Assembly (NCBI GenBank): GCA_964486505.1
Contig: CAZAMC010000003.1
Coordinates: forward strand, 19,505 to 83,504
Direction of reading: 5' to 3'
Source: an uncultured Gammaproteobacteria bacterium
GTDB taxonomy: Bacteria; Patescibacteriota; Patescibacteriia; PEXW01
Length of the DNA: 64,000 nucleotides
The position numbers and the translations under genes were made by a program. The notes beneath the pieces were generated by a model. It searched no databases and had not been told where the DNA came from. It saw nothing but the letters and a program-made list of their open reading frames with translations. Positions 52,101 through 61,231 of the stretch are shown here, piece after piece (position 1 is the stretch's first letter; every line of letters starts with the position of its first letter).

Positions 52101-53345
52101 CGCTGCTGCGGAAAAGCTAAAAGATAGTGCCCCAATGTTCGGCGCGCCAGAAGTGGGAGAGCACGCGTCCAGCCAAATTGCCGGCTCAACGTTTTTTACC
52201 GTATAGGGAATCCAGGAATTCGCATTCGCTTTATCCGCCATCACCGAAACCTGCATACCCAGTATGTACGGCAAACTTTGATAACAATTAACTACGTCCA
52301 CCGAGAACTCGCGTCCAACAACACGGACGATTGCGGGGGAAGCATCGGTACCTGTGGGCACGAGAATCGTCTGCGCATCACCAGATAAAGGCCAATTGTA
52401 CCGCTTCCAGAACGCCCAGGGGTCATCACCGCTGACAAGTCCATAGTCGGGAACGCCATCAGAATTCGTATCGGTCAGGCTCTTGCCCATGTTGCTCAGC
52501 TGCCAGGTTGGATTCGCAGTGGTGAAGTTATCGGTATAGAAAAGGAAGGTGTAGCCATCGGCACAACTTGTGTGAAAATCCATCACCACCCACAGACGCT
52601 CACCCGCGCCGTACTTCTGGGCCAGCACCGAGGTTGTTGCCGCTCCTTCATACGTGCTGTTACCAGGGCAGTTCCCGAGCTGTGGCCAGGGTCGTACCGA
52701 CGCAGCATAGGGAACGTGGTTGTGCGTGGAAGCGGCGCCCATGACCCATTGCTTGGTGCTTGGATTCCAAGTGAGCTTCTGGACGTGAACACTACCATTG
52801 CCCGCAGTGTCGCCCGTGTACGCCACCCAAATACTGGAGCGATCCCAGCTTTGCGTAACCGTGTAGTCAAGGCGCAGCCGGCTGCCCGTGTTCACCAGAA
52901 GAACGGGGAGGTACTGGGTTGCGCTCTCAATAGCGCGTGACCAGGTGACGCCTTTGTCGCGACTCATTTTAAATTCAATCCGGCAGAGCTTATGGCTGGC
53001 GTCTATAACTGTGCACGCACTATCGTCGTCATTCACATAGGCCACAAAGAAAGCCTCTACCCCGGGCTCTGGCTCCATGTACAGCATCTTGGTTCGCTCC
53101 TGCCGCTCCGGCCGCCACGCGTATACGTTATCGGAAAAAGAAAAGGGGGCTATCTCCCTCTCCCACCCAAAATTTTCGTACGGGGTTGCCGCCTCCGCGT
53201 ATTGAGCTCCACTAACAATTGTCGTAGGGGTGGTAAGTGCCGCCTGCGCTACTCCTGACGTTACAAAAAACCCAATCAGCGAAAACGCCGCAGCCCAGAG
53301 TGAGCCGCGGAACCACTTTGCATTACGCCATGTGCTAACAAGCAT
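49164..53345 (-). CDS. Giant secreted mosaic protein (~1390 aa), candidate pilus-associated adhesin
   Basis: Signal peptide ending AQA; Asp-box, GWxWS..GW repeats, DxDxDG loops; 7 nt upstream of pilM. Confidence 0.75.
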   Translation of the reverse strand: MLVSTWRNAKWFRGSLWAAAFSLIGFFVTSGVAQAALTTPTTIVSGAQYAEAATPYENFGWEREIAPFSFSDNVYAWRPERQERTKMLYMEPEPGVEAFFVAYVNDDDSACTVIDASHKLCRIEFKMSRDKGVTWSRAIESATQYLPVLLVNTGSRLRLDYTVTQSWDRSSIWVAYTGDTAGNGSVHVQKLTWNPSTKQWVMGAASTHNHVPYAASVRPWPQLGNCPGNSTYEGAATTSVLAQKYGAGERLWVVMDFHTSCADGYTFLFYTDNFTTANPTWQLSNMGKSLTDTNSDGVPDYGLVSGDDPWAFWKRYNWPLSGDAQTILVPTGTDASPAIVRVVGREFSVDVVNCYQSLPYILGMQVSVMADKANANSWIPYTVKNVEPAIWLDACSPTSGAPNIGALSFSFSAAALPTGTDSSRLVIAYEGGHDNTSTTYAQDQAHQNHVRVMSIPLIIGQQANSVAHATFGASPYIGASTYAAPVVGFHGNSAYLAMRDLSTNRLAIFKEDQVPPASYTWSTTAVFDDSTGVTGQAYSPIMPPVTSGAVTLNSGLPPVAWERVGAQALAFTANSGGNVYGYGWSSNFGWLSMNCANAKSTDACAPPGSSPYGTSLAVAPVNSPPTVNFSPTPTDMTYAASGFGWSSNAGFLSFNRLHSAYDCGAVGNCGDADPLTDDNNYGNPPGQAYRNSVLTSDPTLKYDKTSQRLNGWGRFLNLCNYQDIGGGTYRCRDAEGGWVRFQGYWRDSTKTSTLRRAYASGNSQLPVVDASTFPDPVVTGKNEIGIIGEEYFYYSSIGTDIFGEPVLNLVTNDILRNYSIGTPVYAAGGDYGVNAYYSGNGYLLSGWAWSGEYGWIRFNPLIFLGYAWLETLFGNIYVNGGGADAGNFQLPDAQRLTGERLTSCGRDLDGDGDGDEACYVSTYRIETNGTLQPLAHPSGQSVSPGSSASIDFLQNLLAGDSACGFDGNYTDCSRSLGTTAPELFGRDSASAPNTFGFPSVQTSTATYRNALGKLDVGGLTKDVTGLAPYNDILGTKDYQRSTNRFGQKIFVTTKNGTTPVDWTVNELAGQFAYTPPGGGGSPPDIPLDAIENQVVHIQGDLTIGHDPNEANIAASTLTVAVSGQRAAINGAGGTLTLASAANFPTPSATYPLSGTVILGTGSGKEEYLSYTGKSGNQLTGVRTISGNPYTASDHPLGTTIRWVWRMPYTVGQTLPRNITFVVDGDLKIHYNIIASDPTKDLDLAAVTPASIRDSMAAAFIVRGNVSIAKEVNRITGAFIVIGRDSSKDPDLNADTPSAACTASEYGFDGCGGAFDTGNDADAAFCGGTDKKCNPLTIEGLLFARKFNFTRTGALDTIDEPAEQVTFDQRLFLNPPPGLEDVTKALPNPTRELP

Positions 53346-53367
53346 GGGAGTGTTGTTTTGTAAAAAT

Positions 53368-53396
53368 ATTGTACCATGAAAAACATAAAAAAGCAA
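53368..53396 (-). promoter_or_regulatory. Putative promoter of the adhesin-pilMNO-pilB-pilC operon
   Basis: TTGCTT-17-TACAAT with TG extension. Confidence 0.55.
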
Positions 53397-53422
53397 GGGC
53401 TTCAGTTTCACTGAAGCCCTTG
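53388..53422 (-). terminator. Intrinsic terminator
   Basis: CAAGGGCTTCAG-5-CTGAAGCCCTTG followed by CTTTTTT on the minus strand. Confidence 0.8.
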
Positions 53423-53441
53423 GGATACCAAAGTTGTTAAT

Positions 53442-55250
53442 CTAGGTCGTAGGGCCAGTTACGTCTCCACCAATAATGGATCCGCACACACACCCGGAAG
53501 ACGGGGCCGAGTTATAGCACCCGGCTGGGTATGTATCGACCTTGCTTCCAACAGTGCAGGTTATCGTGCCATTGCAACACGAGCGACCGGGCCCACACGG
53601 ACCACCCGCCATACACGTATTCCGCGTAACGACTGGGCGGGTGTAACTTGCGCACTCGTTCGTTGGGCCGGGGCAAGTGGGGTGGAAAAGCCGCATCGTC
53701 TCGGTATAGGTGGTGTTGAACACGTGAACCACGGTGTTCGTCGTATCCGAGCAGTTGGTTCCTGCTGCCGGTGTGATGTCATTGCTCCCGTCCGTTAGCA
53801 GGTCAACGCGGCAGGAAACCCCAGTAATCCCGCCGTAGTTGGTCGAGTCAGTAATGTTCACGAACTGCGTGAGTTCAGACCGCTGCGCTACAGAGAATAT
53901 GGGCCGAAACATATTAATGTTCACGGACTTCGTTGTGCCTGGCGGGCCAACATCATCGCTGATTGTGAGTTTCGGCGACTTCACACCGCTCGTTACACCA
54001 GAAGGGTAGCGCACTGTGGGGTTTGCCACAGTTCCCGCAAAGACAAAGCCTCCGGCGTTCACACAAGTCGCATTCGGGTCTGTGCTCTGGCAATCAACAT
54101 CGTTCAAGGCGTCTTCACCGAAGTCCCAGGCGTACGTAGCGGTGCCGGTAACCGTAACCGCGGAGGTCGTGAAATTGAAGTTGCTTGTATACCCATTCCC
54201 CGTTGGATCAACCGCTAAGGTAAAGTTTGGTGCACCACAGACGGCGGCCTCATCCCGATACCGCAAGCTCACCCGGACTTTCGTATTCGCATTGGCAGTC
54301 TGCAGGTACAGCTTGCCGTAGAACACGCCACTCGAGCATTCACGGTACTCGGCAAAGTTGGTCGCGTCCACGGCGGGACGCCAGAAAATGTTCGGCGCGG
54401 TTGTATCCGCGTCGTACATCACGTCCAGACCAACGATGTGGAACGTATTGTCAGTTGTTATTTGAACGTAGTCGGGGCTTACGCTGTTGGTAAAGTCAAC
54501 AAGCTTCCCTGTGGGCCCAACGTTGCTAACGTCGAAAGTCCGCTCGTAGACACCGCCGGATGGTGATGGGTAGTTTTGGTCACGAATCGAATTCGCCACA
54601 GCGCCCACTGCCGCGCCCCCAACTTGTAACGTCCCCACGATGTTCACATTGCCCGTGAGTGTCGTGGTACCGGCAACCGTTAGGTTCCCTCCACCAATAA
54701 TGTCAACGTTGCCTTGGAACTGCCCGGCAGGCGAACCAAGTGCGTAAATACCGCGACCGCCAACACTCGTGGCTTGAATCGCATCGCCGGTCCCTGCCGT
54801 AGCACTAGCTTGCAGTGCCGCAGCGCCGGTGTCAGTCTTCGCGACAATTGCAAACGTGTCTGTGCTGTAGACATTTATAGCTTGACCAGCTTGCGCGGCT
54901 CGCTGCAATGAGTACGCCACCCCAGGAGCAGGGTCGGGCGTTTCACCCAAGAGGAGGTTCCCCAAAACCTGGAGCTTCTTGTTCGCCGTAGACTGGCCCA
55001 CGTACACCGGTGTCTGCACAACCTGCGCTGTAGTTTTATCACTTGGCGCCAGGAAGAGCGGGCTACTGGTATTACAGCCGCTCGGGCCTGTGGGATCGTT
55101 CGGGTTGCAGGTGGGATCCCGGAATTCCGTAGCAGAGGTCTGCGCGTACACGCGTATTCCAAAACCAGCCACAATGCCAACCATACCGACCAGGACATAC
55201 GTGGCCCAACGTGGCCAAGTGACTGCCGTTGCACGGGTGCTTGTAGGCAT
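53442..55250 (-). CDS. Secreted surface protein with PKD domain and Cys-rich tail
   Basis: Signal peptide ending VYA; G-x-L-x-V repeats; YAWDFG PKD motif. Confidence 0.72.
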   Translation of the reverse strand: MPTSTRATAVTWPRWATYVLVGMVGIVAGFGIRVYAQTSATEFRDPTCNPNDPTGPSGCNTSSPLFLAPSDKTTAQVVQTPVYVGQSTANKKLQVLGNLLLGETPDPAPGVAYSLQRAAQAGQAINVYSTDTFAIVAKTDTGAAALQASATAGTGDAIQATSVGGRGIYALGSPAGQFQGNVDIIGGGNLTVAGTTTLTGNVNIVGTLQVGGAAVGAVANSIRDQNYPSPSGGVYERTFDVSNVGPTGKLVDFTNSVSPDYVQITTDNTFHIVGLDVMYDADTTAPNIFWRPAVDATNFAEYRECSSGVFYGKLYLQTANANTKVRVSLRYRDEAAVCGAPNFTLAVDPTGNGYTSNFNFTTSAVTVTGTATYAWDFGEDALNDVDCQSTDPNATCVNAGGFVFAGTVANPTVRYPSGVTSGVKSPKLTISDDVGPPGTTKSVNINMFRPIFSVAQRSELTQFVNITDSTNYGGITGVSCRVDLLTDGSNDITPAAGTNCSDTTNTVVHVFNTTYTETMRLFHPTCPGPTNECASYTRPVVTRNTCMAGGPCGPGRSCCNGTITCTVGSKVDTYPAGCYNSAPSSGCVCGSIIGGDVTGPTT

Positions 55251-55343
55251 GGCTTTTTTGGTTATCGTTGCGGGTAAACCCTGCGTACGGTATACTCCAG
55301 GGGTTAGCGGCAGTATACCATTTTCCCCTAACCTTGTACACCT

Positions 55344-55823
55344 ATGAGCGAGCGCAAGCCAGTTGCCCAGCTCCCGGCCCAGCAAAAGGCCATTCTCGGC
55401 ACCGCTATTGTTGCTCTCCTCCTGGTTGCTGCCGCGGGAACCGCATTTTGGTACGGCCGGCAGAGTGCCAGCAATACCAACACCTCAGCAAACTCCACGA
55501 ACACCGATACCACCGCCACGCCGGGCACTGATGAGCCCAACACACCAGCAAAGATTGCGGGCAAGGTGGTGAAGGTGCTTGGGGATAGTATTGAAATCAA
55601 CACCGGCTCCGGAGAAACCACACGCACAGTAACCGCCGTCATCAGCAAAGCAACTGAGCTCCGAAAAATTGACTACCGCTCGATTCCAAAAAATGGCGTG
55701 GGTAATGGTGTGCCCCTAAAGAAAGATGAAATTACTACCGGCGCTTCGGTCGTTGTTGCGGCGGACGACGTTTCGAGTAATAAAATCGAAGCCAGTAAAG
55801 TGAGCCTCCTCATCTACCCCTAA
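55344..55823 (+). CDS. Membrane-anchored hypothetical protein (OB-fold/DUF5666-like)
   Basis: TM, T/N-rich linker, IAGKVVKV...I.TGASVVV. Confidence 0.65.
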   Translation: MSERKPVAQLPAQQKAILGTAIVALLLVAAAGTAFWYGRQSASNTNTSANSTNTDTTATPGTDEPNTPAKIAGKVVKVLGDSIEINTGSGETTRTVTAVISKATELRKIDYRSIPKNGVGNGVPLKKDEITTGASVVVAADDVSSNKIEASKVSLLIYP

Positions 55824-55847
55824 ACTCTCCTTTACCTCACGTATCCT

Positions 55848-56411
55848 ATGGCAGTCCTCTGGATAATCCTCATAGTCATTATTCTCGCTATCGGCTGGAC
55901 CTGGATGGGTTACAATCGCCTCGTCCGCCTCAAGAACCAGTCCGAAGAAGCCTGGTCCGACATTGACGTACAGCTCAAGCGGCGCTACGACCTCATCCCC
56001 AACCTCGTAGAAACGGTGAAGGGGTATGCCACGCACGAGCGCGAACTATTCGAGAAGGTTACGCAGGCCCGCGCCGCGGCCATGGGCGCCACCGGTTTTG
56101 CCGACAAGTCCCAAGCCGAGAACATGCTCTCCCAGACGCTGAAGTCGCTGTTCGCCGTTGCAGAGAACTACCCCACCCTGAAAGCCAACGAAAACTTTGC
56201 CAAGCTGCAGGATGAACTGGCCGACACGGAGAATAAAATCCAGGCCTCGCGCCGCTTCTACAATGGTAACGTTCGCGACCTCAACACCGCCATTGAGCAG
56301 TTCCCCACGAACATGCTGGCGGGCTGGTTCAAGTTCACCAAGCGTGAATTCTTTGAACTAGAAGAGGACGAGAAAGCAGCCGCGAAGAAGCCCGTGGACG
56401 TGAAGTTCTAG
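55848..56411 (+). CDS. lemA: LemA family protein
   Basis: YNRLV, WSDIDVQLKRRYDLIPNLV, ENYPTLKA. Confidence 0.96.
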   Translation: MAVLWIILIVIILAIGWTWMGYNRLVRLKNQSEEAWSDIDVQLKRRYDLIPNLVETVKGYATHERELFEKVTQARAAAMGATGFADKSQAENMLSQTLKSLFAVAENYPTLKANENFAKLQDELADTENKIQASRRFYNGNVRDLNTAIEQFPTNMLAGWFKFTKREFFELEEDEKAAAKKPVDVKF

Positions 56412-56475
56412 TACACCTCCGCACACACCTAAACCAGCGCGGGCAAGAATGCCCGCGCTGTGTTATATATACAGT

Positions 56476-57366
56476 ATGACTACCTACTCGCAAGTCTCCA
56501 TCAACAAGCGCCGGAGTATTGTCCTCATTTTGGCGTTCATCGTCATCATCGGTGCCCTTGCCTACGTGTTTAGCCGCGCGTACGAAGCCGGGCCGGGTGC
56601 CGTAGTCCTCGCTATCATTCTCTCTACGGGAATGGCTATGATTGGCTACGCGAGTGGTGACAAGCTGGCCCTCTGGACTGCTGGGGCGGTGGAAGTAACC
56701 AAGGAGCAAAACCCGTACCTCGTACGGTTGGTAGAGAACCTAGCCATCACCGCGGGCCTACCTATGCCGCGGGTCTACGTGATGCAGGACGAAATGATCA
56801 ACGCATTTGCCACGGGCCGGAATCCTGAGCGAGCCTCCATTGCCGTAACCACCGGGGCGCTAGAAAAGCTGGAGAACGAAGAACTCGAAGGCGTCCTTGC
56901 ACACGAGCTATCCCACATTGGCAACTACGACATTCGGTTCATGACCCTAGTCGCGGTTTTGGTAGGCATCATTAGCCTGCTCGCCAACTGGTTCATCCGC
57001 ATGAACTTCTTTGGCGGCCGCCGCTCTAGCGACCGGAATAACGCCGCGGGAATTTTCTTCCTCGTTGGCATTGTCTTGTCTATCCTCGCACCCATCGCCG
57101 CCACGCTCATCCAGCTGGCAGTCTCTCGCAAGCGTGAATTCTTAGCGGATGCCGCGGGGGCCCAGCTCACCCGCTACCCCGAAGGGCTGGCTCGCGCCTT
57201 GGAGAAAATTGGCACTCAGGATGGCCGCATGCGCGGAGCGAGCAACGCCACGGCGCACCTCTTCATTGCGAACCCCTTCGGCGCCGTTACGAAGCACGGC
57301 TTGAGCAAGCTCTTCTCCACGCACCCGCCTGTTGAAGAGCGCATCAAGATCCTGCGGGGCATGTAA
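56476..57366 (+). CDS. htpX: Zinc metalloprotease HtpX (M48)
   Basis: NAFATG, AHELSH, SRKREFLAD, STHPP. Confidence 0.95.
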   Translation: MTTYSQVSINKRRSIVLILAFIVIIGALAYVFSRAYEAGPGAVVLAIILSTGMAMIGYASGDKLALWTAGAVEVTKEQNPYLVRLVENLAITAGLPMPRVYVMQDEMINAFATGRNPERASIAVTTGALEKLENEELEGVLAHELSHIGNYDIRFMTLVAVLVGIISLLANWFIRMNFFGGRRSSDRNNAAGIFFLVGIVLSILAPIAATLIQLAVSRKREFLADAAGAQLTRYPEGLARALEKIGTQDGRMRGASNATAHLFIANPFGAVTKHGLSKLFSTHPPVEERIKILRGM

Positions 57367-57384
57367 CCGAACGACGTACGGGTT

Positions 57385-57413
57385 TTGACAAAACCCGTTT
57401 TTTGCGCTATACT
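57385..57413 (+). promoter_or_regulatory. Near-consensus sigma70 promoter overlapping the htpX terminator
   Basis: TTGACA-17-TATACT; the -35 lies within the ACGGGTTTT-GAC-AAAACCCGT hairpin. Confidence 0.7.
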
Positions 57414-57419
57414 TACTGC

Positions 57420-57577
57420 CGTAGAGTGAGTTTCATCTCAGCATCTACACGTAGGACACGCCTCGCGTGTCTGAAAAACAGAAATCAAAAGTTCTTGAGC
57501 CTGCACCCCATTGATGGCTCATCAAACATAGATGTTTGAAGAGCGTCATCCTTTCCTGGTTGGCGCTTCTTCTCTTT
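57420..57577 (+). ncRNA. Candidate structured small RNA or clpC leader
   Basis: Promoter, five consecutive hairpins and a U-rich end. Confidence 0.4.
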
Positions 57578-57591
57578 GGGCAATAAACGCA

Positions 57592-57624
57592 TTGACACGG
57601 TATACTATACCCAGTAGTATACCG
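57592..57624 (+). promoter_or_regulatory. clpC promoter with overlapping inverted repeat
   Basis: TTGACA-17-TAGTAT; CGGTATACTA-7-TAGTATACCG. Confidence 0.6.
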
Positions 57625-57631
57625 AGAACCA

Positions 57632-60121
57632 ATGCCCCCCATCCTCAGCAAGTTCACTACCCACCTGCGCGAGGTCTTGGTAAAAGCCACGAACTTCGCG
57701 GCTGGCAATCGGGCTCGCACCACCGGCCCGGAACATTTGCTGTACGCTCTCGGCGTACAGAAAGGCTCCATTGCCTACGAAATCCTACAGAAAGCCAACC
57801 TCAACCTAGACCGCGTGCGCCAGAGCATCCAGCTGCGGGATAGCGGCGCCGACCTGCAGCCCGCCACCACGGCCCCCGCAAAACCACCGCTCGCCCCAGA
57901 CAGCAAAGCTGCAATTGAGAAGAGTGGCATCATCGCCGCGAAGTACAACCATCGCTACATTGGCACGGAGCACGTCCTCTACGGCTTGCTGAAGCTCCAG
58001 AGCCCCTTCGTCCAGAAAATGTGGCGCGAGCAGAACATTGACCCCAGCGAAATGCTGGGCCAGGTCGTGCTCGTGCTTCGCTCAACGTCAAAATTCCCCG
58101 ACCTCACCGAACTCTTTGAAGACGTGAAAGAAGAGAAGAGTGAACGCCGGAACCAGAGCAAAACACCCGCGCTGGATTTCTTTGCGACGGACTTAACGGA
58201 TCCCAAGCTGCAAGCCACCATTGATCCGGTGATTGGCCGAAAGGCGGAAATTGAACGCTTGGTACACATCCTCTCCCGTCGCACGAAGAACAACCCAGTG
58301 CTCCTTGGTGACCCGGGTGTTGGGAAAACCGCCATCGTGGAAGGGCTGGCCAAGAAGGTAGTAAACGGGGAGGTGCCGGAGGCCTTGCAGGGCAAACGCA
58401 TCCTGCGGCTGGACCTCTCGCTCATTGTGGCGGGCACCATGTACCGCGGCGAGTTTGAATCCCGACTCAAGCAAATTATTGAGGAGATCACTGCTGACCC
58501 ACGCATCATTGTCTTCATTGACGAGATTCACACTATTATCGGGGCCGGTTCTGCCTCGGGCAGCATGGACGCGGCGAACATTCTTAAGCCGGCATTGGCT
58601 CGCGGTGAACTCCGCGTCATTGGCGCTACCACGCTGGATGAGTACCGCAAGCACATTGAGTCCGACGCCGCCCTCGAGCGCCGCTTCCAGCCCATTATTG
58701 TTCCGGAACCAACGCTCGCCGAGACCGAACAAATTCTGGAGGGGCTCCGGCCGAATTACGAACGCTTCCACCAAGTGAGCATTTCCCGCGAAGCCATTGT
58801 AGCGGCGGTTGAGCTTTCGGAACGCTACATTCAGGATAAGTTCCTGCCCGACAAAGCCATTGACCTCATTGACGAAGCAGCAGCGAAGCGAAAAGTGGAA
58901 CGCGGCGGTTCCCCAGAGGCCAAGAAGATTCGCACCCTGGAACTCCAGCTCGAGGACTTGGAAGTGCAGAAAGACAAGGCTGTTCTCCAAGAACGTTTCG
59001 AAGAAGCCCTTACCCTCAAAGGGGCGGCCGAGAAAGCGCGGGAAAAACTTGCGCAGCTCATCAACGGAAGTCCCACTAAACACAAGACCCTGGCCACCAT
59101 TACGCGCAAAGACATTGCCGACGTGGTGAGCCGGATTACCAGTGTCCCCCTCCGCGACCTGGTGAGTGAAGAACGAGACCGCCTACTCAAACTGGAAGAT
59201 CGCCTAAAGGCCCACGTCATTGGGCAAGATGAGGCTGCGCACGCCATTGCCGATGCCATCCGCCGCTCCCGCGTGGGCTTGCGCAACCACAACCGGCCCA
59301 TTGGCTCATTCATCTTCATGGGCCCCAGCGGCGTGGGGAAAACTGAAATGGCCAAAGTCCTGGCCCGAGAAATATTTGAGGACGAGAGCGCACTCATCCG
59401 CATTGACATGAGCGAGTTTGGTGAGAGTTTCAACGTCTCCAAGCTCATTGGCGCGCCGGCGGGCTACGTGGGCTACAAAGAGGGTAACAAGCTCACCGAG
59501 CCAGTCCGTCGCAAACCCTACTCCGTGGTGCTCTTCGACGAAGTGGAAAAGGCTCATCCCGACGTGTTCAACCTCCTCCTGCAAGTACTCGAGGATGGAC
59601 AGCTCACCGATGGCACGGGCAAGCAGGTGAACTTCAAAAACACCATCATCATCTTCACCAGCAACGTTGGGCTGGAAAGCCTCAACCAGACGGCGAAGCT
59701 CGGTTTCGAAACCGGATCGGCAGACGCGCGGAAAGTGGCCGAGGCGCGCTTTGAAGAAATCAGCCACGAAGTAACCGGCCAACTCCACGAGCAGTTCCGA
59801 CCAGAATTCCTCAACCGCATCGACAAGGTTATTGTCTTCCGACCGCTCACTGCTAAGGACGTAAAACAGATTGTTCAGCTTCAGGTTGCTGAACTGCAAG
59901 TACTGGCGGCCGCCCAGGGCTTTAAGCTCACTCTAACCCCGGCGGCCACCAAGCGTATTGCCGAGCTCGGCTTCTCGCCCGAACAGGGGGCGCGCGCCAT
60001 TCGCAAAGTCATCCAGGATGAGGTGGAAAACCCCTTGGCCCGGGCGATTCTCGAGAAGAAGTTTGCACGTGGCGCAGCCATTACCGTGAATGCCGGTAAG
60101 CACGGCTTCACCATCAAATAA
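57632..60121 (+). CDS. clpC: ATP-dependent Clp protease ATPase ClpC
   Basis: Clp N-repeats, two Walker A ([16 protein letters not shown]), short UVR-type middle domain, LGF ClpP-docking loop. Confidence 0.95.
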   Translation: MPPILSKFTTHLREVLVKATNFAAGNRARTTGPEHLLYALGVQKGSIAYEILQKANLNLDRVRQSIQLRDSGADLQPATTAPAKPPLAPDSKAAIEKSGIIAAKYNHRYIGTEHVLYGLLKLQSPFVQKMWREQNIDPSEMLGQVVLVLRSTSKFPDLTELFEDVKEEKSERRNQSKTPALDFFATDLTDPKLQATIDPVIGRKAEIERLVHILSRRTKNNPVLLGDPGVGKTAIVEGLAKKVVNGEVPEALQGKRILRLDLSLIVAGTMYRGEFESRLKQIIEEITADPRIIVFIDEIHTIIGAGSASGSMDAANILKPALARGELRVIGATTLDEYRKHIESDAALERRFQPIIVPEPTLAETEQILEGLRPNYERFHQVSISREAIVAAVELSERYIQDKFLPDKAIDLIDEAAAKRKVERGGSPEAKKIRTLELQLEDLEVQKDKAVLQERFEEALTLKGAAEKAREKLAQLINGSPTKHKTLATITRKDIADVVSRITSVPLRDLVSEERDRLLKLEDRLKAHVIGQDEAAHAIADAIRRSRVGLRNHNRPIGSFIFMGPSGVGKTEMAKVLAREIFEDESALIRIDMSEFGESFNVSKLIGAPAGYVGYKEGNKLTEPVRRKPYSVVLFDEVEKAHPDVFNLLLQVLEDGQLTDGTGKQVNFKNTIIIFTSNVGLESLNQTAKLGFETGSADARKVAEARFEEISHEVTGQLHEQFRPEFLNRIDKVIVFRPLTAKDVKQIVQLQVAELQVLAAAQGFKLTLTPAATKRIAELGFSPEQGARAIRKVIQDEVENPLARAILEKKFARGAAITVNAGKHGFTIK

Positions 60122-60125
60122 CCCT

Positions 60126-60776
60126 ATGATTGAACGGGCGCGGGCGGCGGCCACACGAGTTGGTCGTTTTTTGCTGGATGCCCTGGCGCCCCACCGTTGC
60201 CCCGGCTGCGGGAAGGTGGGTGTGGTGGTGTGCGAAAACTGCTGGCAGGCCATGCCCAAGCGTGCCCAGGTGACCCCGGGCCCATCCCCCCTCCTCATGA
60301 CGGTAACCGCCACAACCTACGATGAGCCAATAACCCAGCAGCTCATCCAGTGCTTGAAGTACGAAGGCATTCGAGACGCCGCCACTCCGCTGGGCGAACT
60401 CTTGGCCACCGCCCTGGAACCTATGCGGCAAGAGGGCGACGTGCTCGTGCCAATCCCCTTGCACCCGCGGCGCGAGCGCGAACGCGGATTCAACCAAAGT
60501 CTCCTGCTTGCCGAAACCATTGCCAAGAAGACCCAGCTGCCCGTGGCCCAGCCCCTGCAGCGCTCCCGCCCAACCAAACCCCAGGTAGAGTGCTCGGCCG
60601 AAGAGCGACGTACAAACCTGGAGGCGGCCTTTACAGCCGAGCCCGTAACGGCGAACCGGATTATTCTCGTGGACGACGTAACCACGACGAGCACCACCTT
60701 TGCAGAAGCGGCAAAAGCCCTTCGTAAAGTCACCGATGCACCAATCATCGGCTTAGCGGTGGCGCGGGGTGGGTAG
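60126..60776 (+). CDS. comF: ComF family protein (Zn finger plus PRTase)
   Basis: CxxC...CxxC, LKY, RGFNQ, LVDDVTTT. Confidence 0.93.
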   Translation: MIERARAAATRVGRFLLDALAPHRCPGCGKVGVVVCENCWQAMPKRAQVTPGPSPLLMTVTATTYDEPITQQLIQCLKYEGIRDAATPLGELLATALEPMRQEGDVLVPIPLHPRRERERGFNQSLLLAETIAKKTQLPVAQPLQRSRPTKPQVECSAEERRTNLEAAFTAEPVTANRIILVDDVTTTSTTFAEAAKALRKVTDAPIIGLAVARGG

Positions 60777-60793
60777 TGCCAACACGTGCAAAT

Positions 60794-60822
60794 AAAAACA
60801 GGGACGACGAGAATCGTCCCTG
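60794..60822 (-). terminator. Intrinsic terminator
   Basis: CAGGGACGA-6-TCGTCCCTG with a T-tract on the minus strand. Confidence 0.7.
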
Positions 60823-60828
60823 CCGTAC

Positions 60829-61131
60829 CTACGCAGCTTCCAAGAGAAGCTGAAAGTGTTCCTGCAAACAGCGTTCAGTTTTTTTCCAGAGCCTGGCTGC
60901 TTTCCTCTGGTGTCCGGCATCCTCAGCGGCCTCTGCCTGGTCGTGCCAACCTGCTGCCTCGACTCGCTTAGCTACTGCAGCAAAGGCTTGCGAAGCACTA
61001 AGCCCAAACTGGAGCTGGTAGAGCTTTGACATAGTTTTCAGCAACTTGCCTTTCTGCCTACGGTGGTGGGCCTGCCACCAACTCACTTCGTAGAAAGCAA
61101 GGGTTCTTGCATGTTTGGAAATTCGTACCAT
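60829..61131 (-). CDS. Hypothetical protein
   Basis: 100 aa; GAGGT SD; TTGACA-17-TAGGAT promoter. Confidence 0.6.
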   Translation of the reverse strand: MVRISKHARTLAFYEVSWWQAHHRRQKGKLLKTMSKLYQLQFGLSASQAFAAVAKRVEAAGWHDQAEAAEDAGHQRKAARLWKKTERCLQEHFQLLLEAA

Positions 61132-61231
61132 TTTTACCTCACATTTTTAGCTTTCTGCTTTCGGTAAATCCTAAGGCGCCCCTTTGGTAATGTCAACCTG
61201 AATAATAAATAAGAGAGCCTGAACAGCTCTC

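Noticed and set aside
57632-60121. ClpB call
   Set aside because: The short middle domain and LGF docking loop fit ClpC
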